From Bacteroidales bacterium (GTDB lineage: Bacteria > Bacteroidota > Bacteroidia > Bacteroidales > P3), in NCBI GenBank assembly GCA_045222795.1, contig JBGUZF010000017.1, forward strand, positions 4,079-68,078: DNA of 64,000 nt, read 5' to 3'. This document shows positions 51,901 to 60,600 of the stretch, in pieces. The notes beneath the pieces were generated by a model. The model saw only the letters and a list, made by a program, of their open reading frames with translations. It was not told the DNA's origin and made no database searches. The position numbers were made by a program, and so were the translations under genes. Every line of letters starts with the position of its first letter. Position 1 is the first letter of the stretch.

Positions 51901-52111
51901 TCAGGTAGACGTCGGTCGGCCGGTTGGTGTTGTTCTGCAGCGCGACATTGACATAGCGGTTGGGCTGGTCGATGAGTTCTGCAAACGACATGGGCAGCGA
52001 CTGCTTCACCTTGGTGACCATTACCGAAACATCCTGGGCACTAACGGTGATAGTGACCAGCATCAGGGCCATAGTCAGAATGACCTTCGCGAGATTATAT
52101 TTTTGTCTCAT
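42908..52111 (-). CDS. Giant (3067 aa) secreted protein of unknown function, module 1
   Basis: Single uninterrupted ORF with the signal peptide MRQKYNLAKVILTMALMLVTITVSAQD. It is a paralog of the gene at 54633-63632. I see no T9SS C-terminal domain and no lipobox. Confidence 0.9.
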   Translation of the reverse strand: MRQKYNLAKVILTMALMLVTITVSAQDVSVMVTKVKQSLPMSFAELIDQPNRYVNVALQNNTNRPTDVYLKMSLISDYALNGAPMSLLTKENGNTRPRMTLGSYEHRQMNNIMDFSDHFSGRLTTNVTENISNIIRIPEGTYQFCIEVYRWQEQVIDDGEPMSRACVQFEVCYSGSAPEIVTPITSYTESVDKKTGLVKTVYPRNIDIRWSPVITNCAASAKLSYTLKMVKVLPGQTPDYAIEHSAVVFSKTTTGTYVQIDTLRNLDVPLERGAVYAVQVVARDKNVNNPLEIANEGRSQVQTFSWGPAKYNVDDSGGQSGNTAQQNTTSSSGRDEVLASIRQPYFCFPYRDEETYNTVRAKFSDEATIVPAEDKSVQVKFKGNYNDHIVSTTIKPFDIKWMPMRGNTLTQVEYTVKLYDDLGALSDLESRTPLATKTFKKMAVGDDYLDNSNDPMSIGDTNWKQYMQQGKKYIVTVATSYNYRYVDYTINETKHYVNGIEADTEYDTVKVTHDDSGNCLSTMKFQWGVDSTLLDRVLPPQFTSPVSNSTANWEDTTYLYLETSPLEEIWRYDDYDLYFTWKPASNLNAKDQDTAMYNLYIYELGKGMDIKDAIEGQAKFHKDSIADIRLVHDIIDSLKDYQRYVARVKVIIPDTSGYLMCNHGWSHPISFLLKKDTNNYSTAIDVTNACFPKDTTGWSKKLVTPKVSTLVNNRTKLKMGRFNLVMQNGKTDSKNRYSGEGYVEWTPVAGYGVGLKVHFDTLQINEDNRIISGTARSITKDSNNYFNLNMGDNKWGAGFDMYCDKGVQLLMQKAGEFGSTGQEIKNWYNKLNQYANPIEQFVHAMIDGGGSMGVITTPIKVNDKMLGGDSVENLSMAINDFFFSPVTAQMNLVAIFASHEDNLYLPFLATNICIEPDKFFSDVVGDVNLFLGQDIDMELSDGYTMSFRRPTKLSDLSTGCHLTFNGDGFKEIAVDAELYLGPKNQPGSKLQAVEYREGKATKSDHPVRMFFYTKFKSWSDWIAKVSMDPFTTDECGDFVFVPTGSGMWYDHSKKETPKEVKFPQGYLKDPKASGEWQGFYLDEFTVVLPEDITNTFGELSGEEATPHDGTPGVNKSDGKTDGKTDGKTDGKTDGKTTSTGQPSTGQPSQGNNQGDGKGAGGNGAQGGDKGKTPGGGNGPAGGGNMGPNYGKSINFSASGLIIDKDGFTVDISVNNLAKFGSSESYSWKFSLDHIGVKFQKNEFKEGYINGEMKIPFFTGDTKYNLSIGSEKLVFSITPPEKGMNLDLFMAAVNLDKSSYFKIEHDYGGKTWIADHDAAGDVTYYGHTQDPSTLVDLTLNGTINIKFDEGFKLPVSLPDIKFQNMYLRNYKSQEVKIGGEKVTAYEFDGLEMSIGTWGKASPQKYVGIDYTDSEVTMSDPDTKEGSDKAGSGKAIASGSIGAFSYSLEKVEPLFESVADKSNTYNVGITFLGEMKFGIGKDQSIGATLGFGIGCHVNIKSFAISDFDGVFDEAAVEANMGPLGHVRGAVRHSRDENVGYGNCWIGSLNVSIMNVINCSMGAGFGTRKKGGSDETYDWWFVEGAAEIPGAGIPLGAVSINGFGGGFAYNMKLRSNTKISSSNVAAAKSFVETMVASDGEHFYPEYDAWVATAGISLAMTGSSTTMNASGVLCFRIGNGHFSGISLQVNAKILSGYDEVKKEGTNAAITVGAYIGYEEDTENEGGWELSFAACVKGSVGLTGLVRQSENESDKEKAGDCTDSPSRYPLTSSDGKSGGASSESIAVVDTEAEKAGNKNDDKKDSKKDNKGKNGVTINIPIDFYMHNYGKNNSPNVRGSKTEWYFSVGKPAKDERVSVNVSLDLGIAKASTEFTAYIMCGNYFPGGYTLPELDAEIRNALGSKYERFSNSRNNLKMPSAGGFAFGASFAANLEVNMFLYLKADIRLGVDIALLATNGASCGGYSEIGKNGFYGMGQAYAYFDGEVGIGLDLGFWKGHLSMASSTMAAVLQAGGPKPTWAYGLLAFKATCLGGLVKINTSVDFKVGNVCVPGNTDPLANVKLFQNVTPAYNTLADSKKDGCRVSPYTSGTITSNLPWNEDVYLCADQKYGDGTTTRKFRFIICADECDASYNKIGKKITSQMSTTLIGKKKKTGMVDDRGGETNRTSGNKGFTDIADGTWVNMPLKYSPNPMETNMQNFEWTSGGLPGQSEIKIKLKGRAFEYRRSGEENDLTDAQVKKDTCFDLGDQGYVTGFNQYMHYGENKKWWPNQRRWRNPLYTDRGKSYAKYWAQDTTFYVTTTAQPADLTDNVIFTWPYNGDPNFPINEFVAFNEKRVLIYLMQDAEFIENLEDDGRDMKAFLIVGGKGGTTYECGWDYHKSENQYMGSVHPCLEVILPRDLTRTPSKFKGKPMALRILMAKTDDVNLTVENLKAVAAGYANAMQMQEEVAKRQNYAEKLEEVKNRYKYEVKPNNSSNSSLRIRTVQGQKTYKYSDDMYNDQEYQMLMAALATDDTVGDTNRMFARKMLNDTYAIYLSTGSVVYSLYFRTHEKYSTYEVLVKSDEFKNPSKGQDVGNYKDKIVYRYAYLFAPYEPDDKKQYHTGTVLPPIMYQVFAWERTSDKPHDYQLFKKYTTAMSGLDNAVKNTPIPSNHPKKVGAPYEYEPWNPKWDNNNIKASAMAAQYKEGFVRVAGAQNLDDNFMNLDMRMMTTKNGDNLYVSADNTGRSSFCSVPNVVRWKLKDCWRYDSITFFDENYRKEGFSGSRPEESYSYNSGDLVPTDPHSTLHNDIKRYHDFFQELFDYGVYVHKRNYNAKVKEFEHYGKVAYIPNQFATEKIPYTIPKGVLMTWWMWNWNGVYHALCDRCKEKGYTRYDKKVYDKTLNISASKMMKHGGMYNVYWNNYIIHFKSTPYWIDADRATCYSNLFTLDNRVGELDEKWFVGYSGYYAGSKTTATFYGWPGLLNTIYNGTVSGNEEKIKRNCHKEIYIDFYYISAGSYALNNTMGKIVDMSYDASTGGYNQPVANSKYESSFKWSYKPTLTAIEQLLKLYAGLTFRRADKGGDQESNRQQHQWETD
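48672..48764. repeat. In-frame tandem repeats in the giant gene: 15-nt x2 (encoding STGQP STGQP) and 12-nt x5 (gtcttaccatcg-type, encoding DGKT x5)
   Basis: Read directly from the sequence. They lie inside a Gly/Lys/Asn-rich low-complexity stretch that the paralog lacks. Confidence 0.85.
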
Positions 52112-52201
52112 AAGCTATAATTTTTTTCAATACAATAATACGCTGTTTTTCAACGCATTGACCCCCAAACACGGTTCTTTGGGGATAGTCTTTCATGGGT
52201 A

Positions 52202-52209
52202 CAAATATA
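52202..52209 (-). promoter_or_regulatory. Candidate -7 element (TAtaTTTG) for giant module 1
   Basis: The plus strand reads caaatata, about 90 nt upstream of the ATG at 52111 and downstream of the module 2 terminator. Confidence 0.4.
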
Positions 52210-52231
52210 CAAATTTTTTTAATACGCAAAT

Positions 52232-52273
52232 AAAAAAAAATGGTGGTCGGCCAAATAATTGGTCAGCCACCAT
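52232..52273 (-). terminator. Rho-independent terminator after the 766-aa Fn3 partner gene
   Basis: atggtggtcggcc / ggtcagccaccat forms an imperfect stem with a 7-bp perfect base, followed on the minus strand by a run of 9 T. It is homologous to the terminator at 40582-40616. Confidence 0.55.
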
Positions 52274-52293
52274 TATCAAACCCTAGCAGGGCT

Positions 52294-54594
52294 CTATTTC
52301 GTCTTCACCGTCACGGTGTTGGAGGGGCTGGAGTGACGGCCGCGGCCGAGTTGCAGCTGGATGTAGTAGCTGCACTTGGTGTCGGCAGGGGCGCCGATGT
52401 CCTCGAACTTCTCGTCCTTGCGCGAGAAGGTACCCACATCGTGGAAGTCGCCGTTGCCATCCTTGCGGTAGACGACGCCGTAGTAGTCCTTACGGGGCTG
52501 CTCGTCAATCTTCCATGTGAGGGTGGTCTTGCCTTTCTTGTAGTTGGCCTTGAGGGTGATGCCCATCTTGACGGAGGGGTCGGGGTCGACCTGAGCCACG
52601 GCGAAGCCGGCCATGCCGCTGCTGTTGGTGGCCGAGTCGATGGCCTCAATGCAGTAGGACCAAGGGTGGATGGAGGCCTCGGGACGGTCTCCGAAGCGGA
52701 TGATACCTTTCTTATCCACCTTGTCTGGGGTGATGACGGCTATGCATTCCCAGTTGGCGGCGGGACGCGGCTTGCGGTAGACATAGTATTTGGCCACATC
52801 CTCGCTGACCGAGGCGCGCCAGGTGATGGTGATGGTGTCTTTGTCCTGCGTCACTCCGTCGAGCACGCAGACACCAGGAGGCAGCAGGTCGGGCAACAGC
52901 ACACGCAGGGTGTCGGAGGGCTTAGAGTAGTTGTGGTTGTTGTCGACGGCAATGACATAGTAGAAGATGTCGCGGGCGAGGAGGTTGATGTCGACGGAGT
53001 CGAAGTAGAAGGTGTCTTGAATATAGCCGGGAGTGAGCTCGATGAACTCGTGGTCGCGCTGGTTAGCGAAATAGACCTTATAGGCCATCAGATCGGGGTC
53101 GATGTTGGGGGCCCAGAAGAGGAGGATAAGGCCTGTGGAGTCGTCGGGAACGGCGCCAAGGCCAATGGGCGGTTCCGGCGGGGTGATGTCCTCGATGTTG
53201 TTGTTCATCGAGGGCGAGAAGTTGACGTTGCCTGCGGTGTCGGCGACGAATACGCGATAGTAACCGCGGCCGCGGGCGTAGGCGTTGGAGTCGGTGTAGG
53301 AGGTGGCGTCGCGCGGCAGGAGGCCAGAAACGTTGTGCCAGGGACCTTCAAGGGTAGTGGAGAACATAACCATGTAGCCCTTAAGGTCGTCCTCAAGCTC
53401 AGGCTTGAGCCAGTGGATGGGGCAGATACGGTTGTCGATAGGGATAATCTCGCCGACGTAAGGGGGAGCGGGGGGAGTGAAGTCGACAAGTTTGAAGGGC
53501 TTAGCCTCACGGGGTTCTACCTTGTCGCCAAAGGCGTCGAAGGCACGCACACGGTAGGTGTAGGTACGGCGGAGGTCGAGGGAGTCGAAGAAGAGCACCT
53601 CGTGTTCCATCCACTGGGCGATGCTGTCGCCATAGATGACGCGGGTGGAGGAGTCGGGCAGCATGGGCCAGATGGGGGCGTTGGGGTTGACGGTGACCCA
53701 GTTGGAGTCGATGTTGTCCTTGCGGTCGAGCCAGTAGCCGGAGAGGCGGTTCTTGGTCCAGCGCACCGCGGCGCGGTTGGCGTCAATCTGTGTGACCTCA
53801 ACCTCGGGCATCTTCTCCTCCTCGCCACGCTGATAGTACTTGTTGTATACCACCACAGAGGCGTCTTCGATTTCGGCCAACTGTGGAGGAATGGCGGCCT
53901 CGACGATGTACTCGTAGTACTCGCCGGGCACGACGTCGCGGTCAACGAAGCGGAGGGCCACAGCCTCGGCCACGCGGGGACTGCATTCGGCGGCAAGCAT
54001 GGCCATGAAGTGGCGCTGGGTCTGCTCCTGGTACTGCTTGGCGGCCATAGTCATGAAGTCGGCGTTGGCATTCTGTCCCTGCTCGTTGACATTGTACTGA
54101 AACTGACCGTAGAGAGCCTGCGCGGCGACACCGGCGTAGAAGTCGGTGGAGTCGAAGCGCTGCATCATTTCGTCGAGTGTGAGCGGTTTGAGGGGTTTAC
54201 CGCCGTTGAGGGTGCGGTAGGGAATGGTGTCGCCGTAGCGGTTGACAGAGAAGGTAGAATCGTTGTCGGAGGCAGCGGAGCGGTAGATCATCCAGCCGTA
54301 GTCTTTGGCGGTGATCCAAAGGCCGGCGTCCTCGGTGGCCCAGCGAAGAACGATGCTGTCACCATAGGTGCGGACCAGCAAACGCATGACCTTGGGTACA
54401 GAAACGAGACTGTCGGGGACGGCGAGGGTGTCGGCGACAGTGGTGTCGGGCTCGGGCTGGGGCTTAGTCTGAGGCAAAGATGGAGCCGGAGGGTTGGTGA
54501 GGGGCTCGTCTTTGTCGCCGACGACCTGAGCCTGTGCCAAGCTGCCGACAAGCAGCATGGCTATCACAATAAGGAATCGATGCATAGTTTTCAT
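52294..54594 (-). CDS. Secreted multi-Fn3-like protein, partner of the giant protein in module 2
   Basis: 766 aa with the signal peptide MKTMHRFLIVIAMLLVGSLAQAQ. In the stretch RWATEDAGLW...YNVNE, 66 of 88 residues are identical to the 747-aa paralog. Confidence 0.85.
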   Translation of the reverse strand: MKTMHRFLIVIAMLLVGSLAQAQVVGDKDEPLTNPPAPSLPQTKPQPEPDTTVADTLAVPDSLVSVPKVMRLLVRTYGDSIVLRWATEDAGLWITAKDYGWMIYRSAASDNDSTFSVNRYGDTIPYRTLNGGKPLKPLTLDEMMQRFDSTDFYAGVAAQALYGQFQYNVNEQGQNANADFMTMAAKQYQEQTQRHFMAMLAAECSPRVAEAVALRFVDRDVVPGEYYEYIVEAAIPPQLAEIEDASVVVYNKYYQRGEEEKMPEVEVTQIDANRAAVRWTKNRLSGYWLDRKDNIDSNWVTVNPNAPIWPMLPDSSTRVIYGDSIAQWMEHEVLFFDSLDLRRTYTYRVRAFDAFGDKVEPREAKPFKLVDFTPPAPPYVGEIIPIDNRICPIHWLKPELEDDLKGYMVMFSTTLEGPWHNVSGLLPRDATSYTDSNAYARGRGYYRVFVADTAGNVNFSPSMNNNIEDITPPEPPIGLGAVPDDSTGLILLFWAPNIDPDLMAYKVYFANQRDHEFIELTPGYIQDTFYFDSVDINLLARDIFYYVIAVDNNHNYSKPSDTLRVLLPDLLPPGVCVLDGVTQDKDTITITWRASVSEDVAKYYVYRKPRPAANWECIAVITPDKVDKKGIIRFGDRPEASIHPWSYCIEAIDSATNSSGMAGFAVAQVDPDPSVKMGITLKANYKKGKTTLTWKIDEQPRKDYYGVVYRKDGNGDFHDVGTFSRKDEKFEDIGAPADTKCSYYIQLQLGRGRHSSPSNTVTVKTK

Positions 54595-54629
54595 GATGTA
54601 AGATGTATGATGTAAGATGTATGATGTTT
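54595..54629. repeat. Heptamer array (gatgtaa/gatgtat x5) that fills the giant-partner spacer of module 2
   Basis: Read directly from the sequence. The whole spacer is 38 nt. Confidence 0.8.
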
Positions 54630-54632
54630 AGT

Positions 54633-57600
54633 TTATTCCCACTGGTCGACCTGACGGTTGCGGGCGGAGCTTTCCTCATTCTTGGTGTTGATGGCGCGGA
54701 AGGTGATGCCGGAGTTGTCCTTGAGGCGTTGGACAGCCTTTGTGCTGACGGAATAATAGTATGTGTCGTCGGTCTGCTTGTAGGTATTGGCCATCACGTC
54801 GTATTTACCGTCGGTGTTGTGTCGGCGCACGGCATCGGCCATCTTACCGAAGATGTAATGGTCAATCGACGAGTAACCGCCGTGGACATAATAGTAGTTG
54901 AGCGGGATGTAGCGTATGCTGTAGTTGACAGTGTTGAAACCACCGCCGTAGCCCAAGCTCGACACATCGACCAGGGCCATGTTGGATGCGGTGAAGGTAC
55001 CGCCGCCGGTAGTCTCGCCGTTGAACCAGAGTGAGGTGCGCCAGCGGGAGAACTTCTTGGAGTCGCTATATTCGTTGGTGAAGAGTTCCTTGTAGAGGGT
55101 GCCCTTATCGTCAGCCACCATGTAGGGTACCTGATCCCAGTGGAGGATGTAGGTCATCCAGTAGGTAGCCTTCACGCCGCCGTCGTCGGTGAGACTGCTG
55201 TAGGGGATAGCGAGGTACTTCATGTTGTCGTACTTGGTGTTGCGGCGCTTGAGCTGGCCAGCCCAATAGATACCGCGCCAGTGCCACATCCACCATGTGA
55301 AGAGCGTCGAACGGGTGATGGAATAGGGGAAGTTGTTAGTGGTGAACAGGTTGTTGCGGTAGGTGTACTTGATGAGATGCTTGTACTGGTCGCGCTTGTA
55401 GCTCCAACCACGGCTATGTACGTAGAGCGCGTAGTCGAAGAGGTCCTGATAGAAGTCGTGGTAGCGCTTGATGTCGGTGTAGATAGCCGGGACGGCCTCA
55501 TCGATGTTGGTGACATAGGTACAATAAGAATACTCGGGGCGGGAGAAGGTGTTGCCGCCGATGTTCTTGCTGGACGGCTGGCCGATGGAGGTGGAGTCGT
55601 AGCGCCACTTGGGCTGCGCCACGGTGAGCTTGATGATGTTGGGGGCAAGGACCTTGCCGCTGTTGAGACGCGGGAAGGAGGAGCGGTAGGTAGCATCGAT
55701 GGTGGTGTAGACACCATTGACAGTGCTTATAGTATTCATGCGCGAGCCGATGTTGGTGAAGTTGCTTTCGCCGGAGACGGGAACAAAGCCTTTGGTGAAG
55801 ACCTGGCTGTACATATTGCTCTGTTCTGTAGAGCTGCCCATATCCTCATCGGTCCATCCCTTGGGATAGGAACTGAGTTTAAACTGGTTGGAGAGATGCG
55901 AGGGACGCATTGTCGGTGACCAGGTATTCTTGACGGCATTGTCCATGTCGATGAGGCGTGTGGCATAGGTGTTATAGAGTGCAAACTCCTGATATTTGAA
56001 CTTGGTGCGGTTCCAGTCGAGGACGGCATAGATGATGGGAGGCAGGGTGATGCCAGTGTGGTACGCCTTTTTGTCGGTGGGAGTATATGGGGCGAAAAGG
56101 TATGCATACTTGGCGATGTCCTTGTCGTAGGAGTCGGTCTTAGAGAACTCAACCTTGGCAGAGATAGAGGTAGTCTGGTTTTCAATCTTCGTACCGCCAA
56201 AGAGACGGTTGAACATGTGTTTGCCGAGAATCTCGCTGTAGGTGGTGCTGCCCGAGTAGAGGCGGAAATAGAGGGAGTAGATGGGACTGCCGGTCTGGAG
56301 GCAGATAGCATAGTCGTTCTTGAGCATCTTGCGGGCGAAGGCGATATTGGTATCGCTCACCTTCTGGCCGTAGAAGTCCTGCTCCTCGACCGACTTGAGC
56401 AGCTGCTGATACTCCACGTTGTTGTTCAGGGCCGCTTCGTTTACGGTTGTATACTTTCTCTTCCTGCCATACTTGTCGGTATAAACCTTCGAGGTAGAGT
56501 TCTGCCGCTGAATGGCGGCAAGTCTGTCCTTGTTGGCGGCGTTGCGCTTGGTGACTTCCTGTTTCTGCTGCATGGAGCTGGTCGTCTGGTTGGCCTGTTC
56601 CTGTAGCTGCCTGAGGGTGGCATTGTAGGCATCTTTCTTGATGAGCATGATGCGGACAGCCATGTCGTAGTCCTGGTATTTATTACCATTGAAGGAGGAG
56701 GGGAAGACGACCTCGATGCAGGGGGCCGTACTTCCAAGGTAGCCATTCTGGTGGTAGATATAGTCGCAGGCGAGGGCATCGTTGTTGGCGCCGATACCGC
56801 GGAGCACCAGGAAGGCCTTAATCTCGCGGTTGTCGTCGTTATTCGGTTTCAGGAAGTCGCGGTCTTGGTAGAGGTAGATGAGGGCGCGCTTGCGGCCGCC
56901 GATGGAGACGAACTCGTCGACGGGGAACATCGGGTCGCCGTTATAGGGCCAGGTGAAGACCACAGCGTCATCGAGGTTCGGGGACAGCCTGTTGGTGCGG
57001 ATATAGAAGGTGGTGTCTTGAGTCCAGGAGCGGTGTTCGGTTACATCGCGGTCGGTGAAGACCGGGTCGCGCCAATGGTAATTACTGGGATCCTTATAGG
57101 AAGTCTTGGAGCAGTAGTTTGTGGAGAGGCTGTAGTAGTAGTCGGTATTGCGCTGGGCGTCGCTGAGGTTGATTTCATCCTTCTTCTTGTTGGTGTTTGT
57201 ATAAGTTGGACGATACTCGAAAGCGCGACCCTTCAGCTTTATTTTAATATCCGAGTATTCGGGGAGACCGCCTTTGGTCCACTCGAAGTACTGCATGTTG
57301 GTCTCCATATTGTTGGCGGTGAACTTCAGCGCCATGGTCTTATTCAGCGGGCCAAGCAAGCCAGTCGCCATGCGTTTGCCATAAGAGGCGGTGCACTGAG
57401 AACTGACCAGGATGAACTTGAAACGGCGGGTCGTAGTGCCATTGCCGTACTTCTGGTCGGCGCAAAGATAGATATCCTCGTTCCAGGGCAGGTTGGAGAC
57501 AATGGTGCCGGTGGTGTAAGGAGTCTGCACATTCTCGGACTTACGCGAGTCGGACCAGGTGTTGAAGGCCGGAGTGACATTCTGGAAGAGCTTGACGTTG

Positions 57601-60600
57601 GCCAAGGGGTCACTGTTGCCCGGCACGCAGACGTGGCCGAGCGAGAAGTCGACGCTGGTGTTGATTTTTATAAGGCCGCCGAGGCACGAGGCCTTGAAAG
57701 CCAAGAGGCCGTAGGCCCAAGTGGGCTTGGGACCGCCAGCCTGCAGGAGTGCTGCCACCGAGGCGGAAGCGAGACTGAGATGACCTTTCCAGAAGCCGAG
57801 GTTGAGGCTGAGGCCAACCTCGCCTTTCATCATGGCGTAGGCCTGGCCCATGGCGTAGAAGCCGTTCTTGCCTATTTCGCTGTAACCCGGGCAGCCAGCA
57901 CCGTTGGTGGCGAGGAGCGCGAGGTCGAAGCCCAGCGTGGCGGAAGCCTTAACATAGAGGAACATGTCGAAATTGAGCTCGGAATGGAAGGATCCGCCGA
58001 AGGCGAAACCGCCGGCAGCGGGGAGGGTGGGCAGTTTACGCTTGGACTGATAGGTGGCGTACTTGCTGCCGAGGGCATCCTGTACATCCTGAGGAAGCTC
58101 GGGCATCTGGAAGCCGCCGGGGAAGTAGTTGCCGGTCATAACATAGAGGGTCCACTCGGTGGAAGCCGAGCAGATCACGAGGTCCATCGAGGAGGAGAAG
58201 ATTACACGGTCGTCGTGGTTGGGACGGCCCACGGCGAAGAACCATTCAGTCTGCTTGCCGCTCTCCGGACCAACCTGGCCGTCGGGATAGTGCTTGACGT
58301 AGAAGTCGATAGGTATCTGCAGCTTGGCAGAGCCACCGACCTCGCCGTTCTTAAGCTTGCTCAGTTTGTCACTCTCGTTGGCATAGTCCTTCGAGTCTTG
58401 GACCTTCTTGTCGAGCCACGAAGAACTCATGCCGCCGCTCTTGCCGTCTTTGGCAGCTTCGGTCGACGAGGTGGGATAGGTGTAGGCCTTGGCAATATTC
58501 TCACCAATAGCGGAACCCTTGATGAGAGAAGCGAGATTGACTTCGGCAGAGACACGGGCGGCGAAGTTGAGTTTCCAGTCGCCGGCGACATCACCCTTGC
58601 TGTAGTCAATAAAGGCACCGACCGTAAGTGCGGCATTCGAGGCTTCCTTGTTGTCCTTGTCGTAGGAGGCGAGCATTTTGGCATCGACCTGCATGCTGAT
58701 GCCGGCGAAGTGGCCGTTGGCGATACGCAGACCAAGAATACCGTTGGCACTGAGTGTGGATTCAGCGCCAGTAAGAATAATGCTCACGCCCGCGCGCGCA
58801 ATCCATGCGTCATATTTCGGGGTGTAGTTACTGCCGTCGTTGGAGACCATATTGTCGCATAGACTATTGCCAGCCATGAGGTCTTTGCTGGTCATATTGG
58901 CGAGGTTGTTCTTGGGCTCCATATTGTAGGCAAACGCACCGCCGAAGCCATTGATGGCAAGCGGTCCGAAGGGAAGGCCGGCACCCGAGATGGTGGCGGC
59001 ACCCTCGAAGTACCACCAGTCGAAGTCGACAGTGTCGCCTTTATCGTTCTTGCGCTTGTTGGTGCCGAAGCCGGCGCCCATCTTGGTCTCGATGACATCC
59101 ATGACGGTGACCTTGAGCATACCCTTCCAGCAGTTGCCGAAGACGGCGTCGTTGCGCGAGTGGCCTATGAAGCCGTCGACGCTAACTGGACCGATGTCGG
59201 TCTTGACGCGGGCCGAGTCGAAGGTACCGTCCCAGTTGCCGATATCCCAGCTGCTGGTATTGACCTCGCAGGAGATGCCGAAGCCGGCACTGGCACCTAT
59301 CGACTGGTCTTTACCGATGCCCAGCGACATGCTGCCGCCGAACACCAGACCGGCTTTATACTTGCTGCCACCGACACTCTCAAAGGTGGGCGAAAGGGTG
59401 GTCAGGTTGTATTTGAAACCGCTAATCTTGCCCTCGCCCATACTCTGGCCGGGGTTGGCATTGGCATTGTTCTCATTTTCACCGTCGGGCATGACCTCGC
59501 TGTCGGTGTAGTCCACACCTATATACTTCTGCGGCGATGCCTTGCTCCAGTTGCCGATATTGAAGTCCATGTTGCCGAACTTGTACGACTGCACCTTGCC
59601 CTTCTTGCCCATGTCGACAGTCTTGGCCGTGTAGTTGCGCATGTACATGTTCTCGAACTTAATCTTGGGCAGGTCGACTGGCACGCCGATTTTCTTGAAG
59701 TTGATGGTGACCTGGCCGTTGAGGGTGAGGTCGACACGCGTGGTGGCATCCTGGTTCTTGTAGGTGTATTCCGTGTTGCCTTCATACTCGCTCTTGTAGG
59801 TGTTGCCACCGAAGTCGTGGACGATGCGGAAGTGGGTCGACTTCTTGTCGAGGTTGACGTTGGCAAGGAAGAGGTCGAGCTGCAGGGAGTCGCCGGGGGT
59901 GATGGCGAAGTCGATGCTGTCGGTACCGAGCGAGCAATCGTACTTCATGTTGCCGGTGAACAGAGGTATCTTGAGCTTACCAATGATATAGCCTTCCTTG
60001 AAGGAGCTCTTGAGGAAGCGTATGCCGACAGTGTCGAGGCTGAAGGCCCAGCCGCCACCGTTCTTGGTCTCGAGGCGCAGCAGGTTGTTGGCCGAGACGT
60101 CGACCGAGAGACCGCAGCTGTCGATAATCAGTTGGCTGGCCGAGAAGTTGATGCGGCTGCCGTCGGGGATAACCTCGGTGGAGTCCTTAATCTGGCCGTT
60201 GACGCCATAGGAATAGGTGACGAACTTGGTATCCTGTTTGACGGCGGAGTCGCCGGCAAGGTCGATGAAGGTGTTGCTGACATCAGCAGGCATCATGACG
60301 GCGAACTTATCGAGGTAGAAACCTCTCCACTGCTCATTCTTCTTGGGCAGGGTCATGTAGTTCTTGGGCAGCTTGATGGCCTTGGGGGTCTCCTTGAGAC
60401 TGTGGTCATACCACATGCCGCTGCCTGTAGGCACAAAGGCGAAGTCCTCGCAACCCACCACGGTGAAGGGATCCATACCAATCTTCACAACCCAGTTGCT
60501 CCAAGTCTTGAACTTGGTGTAGAAGTAGGCCTTGACCGGTTTGTCGGGTTTCACGATGCCGTTCTGCTTGATGTCGACGGCCATCACTTTGTTGCCGGGC

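Noticed and set aside
42908-52111. A diversity-generating retroelement or shufflon acting on the variable C-terminal part of the giant
   Set aside because: I found no reverse transcriptase, no template-repeat/variable-repeat pair and no invertase or inverted-repeat sites in the window.
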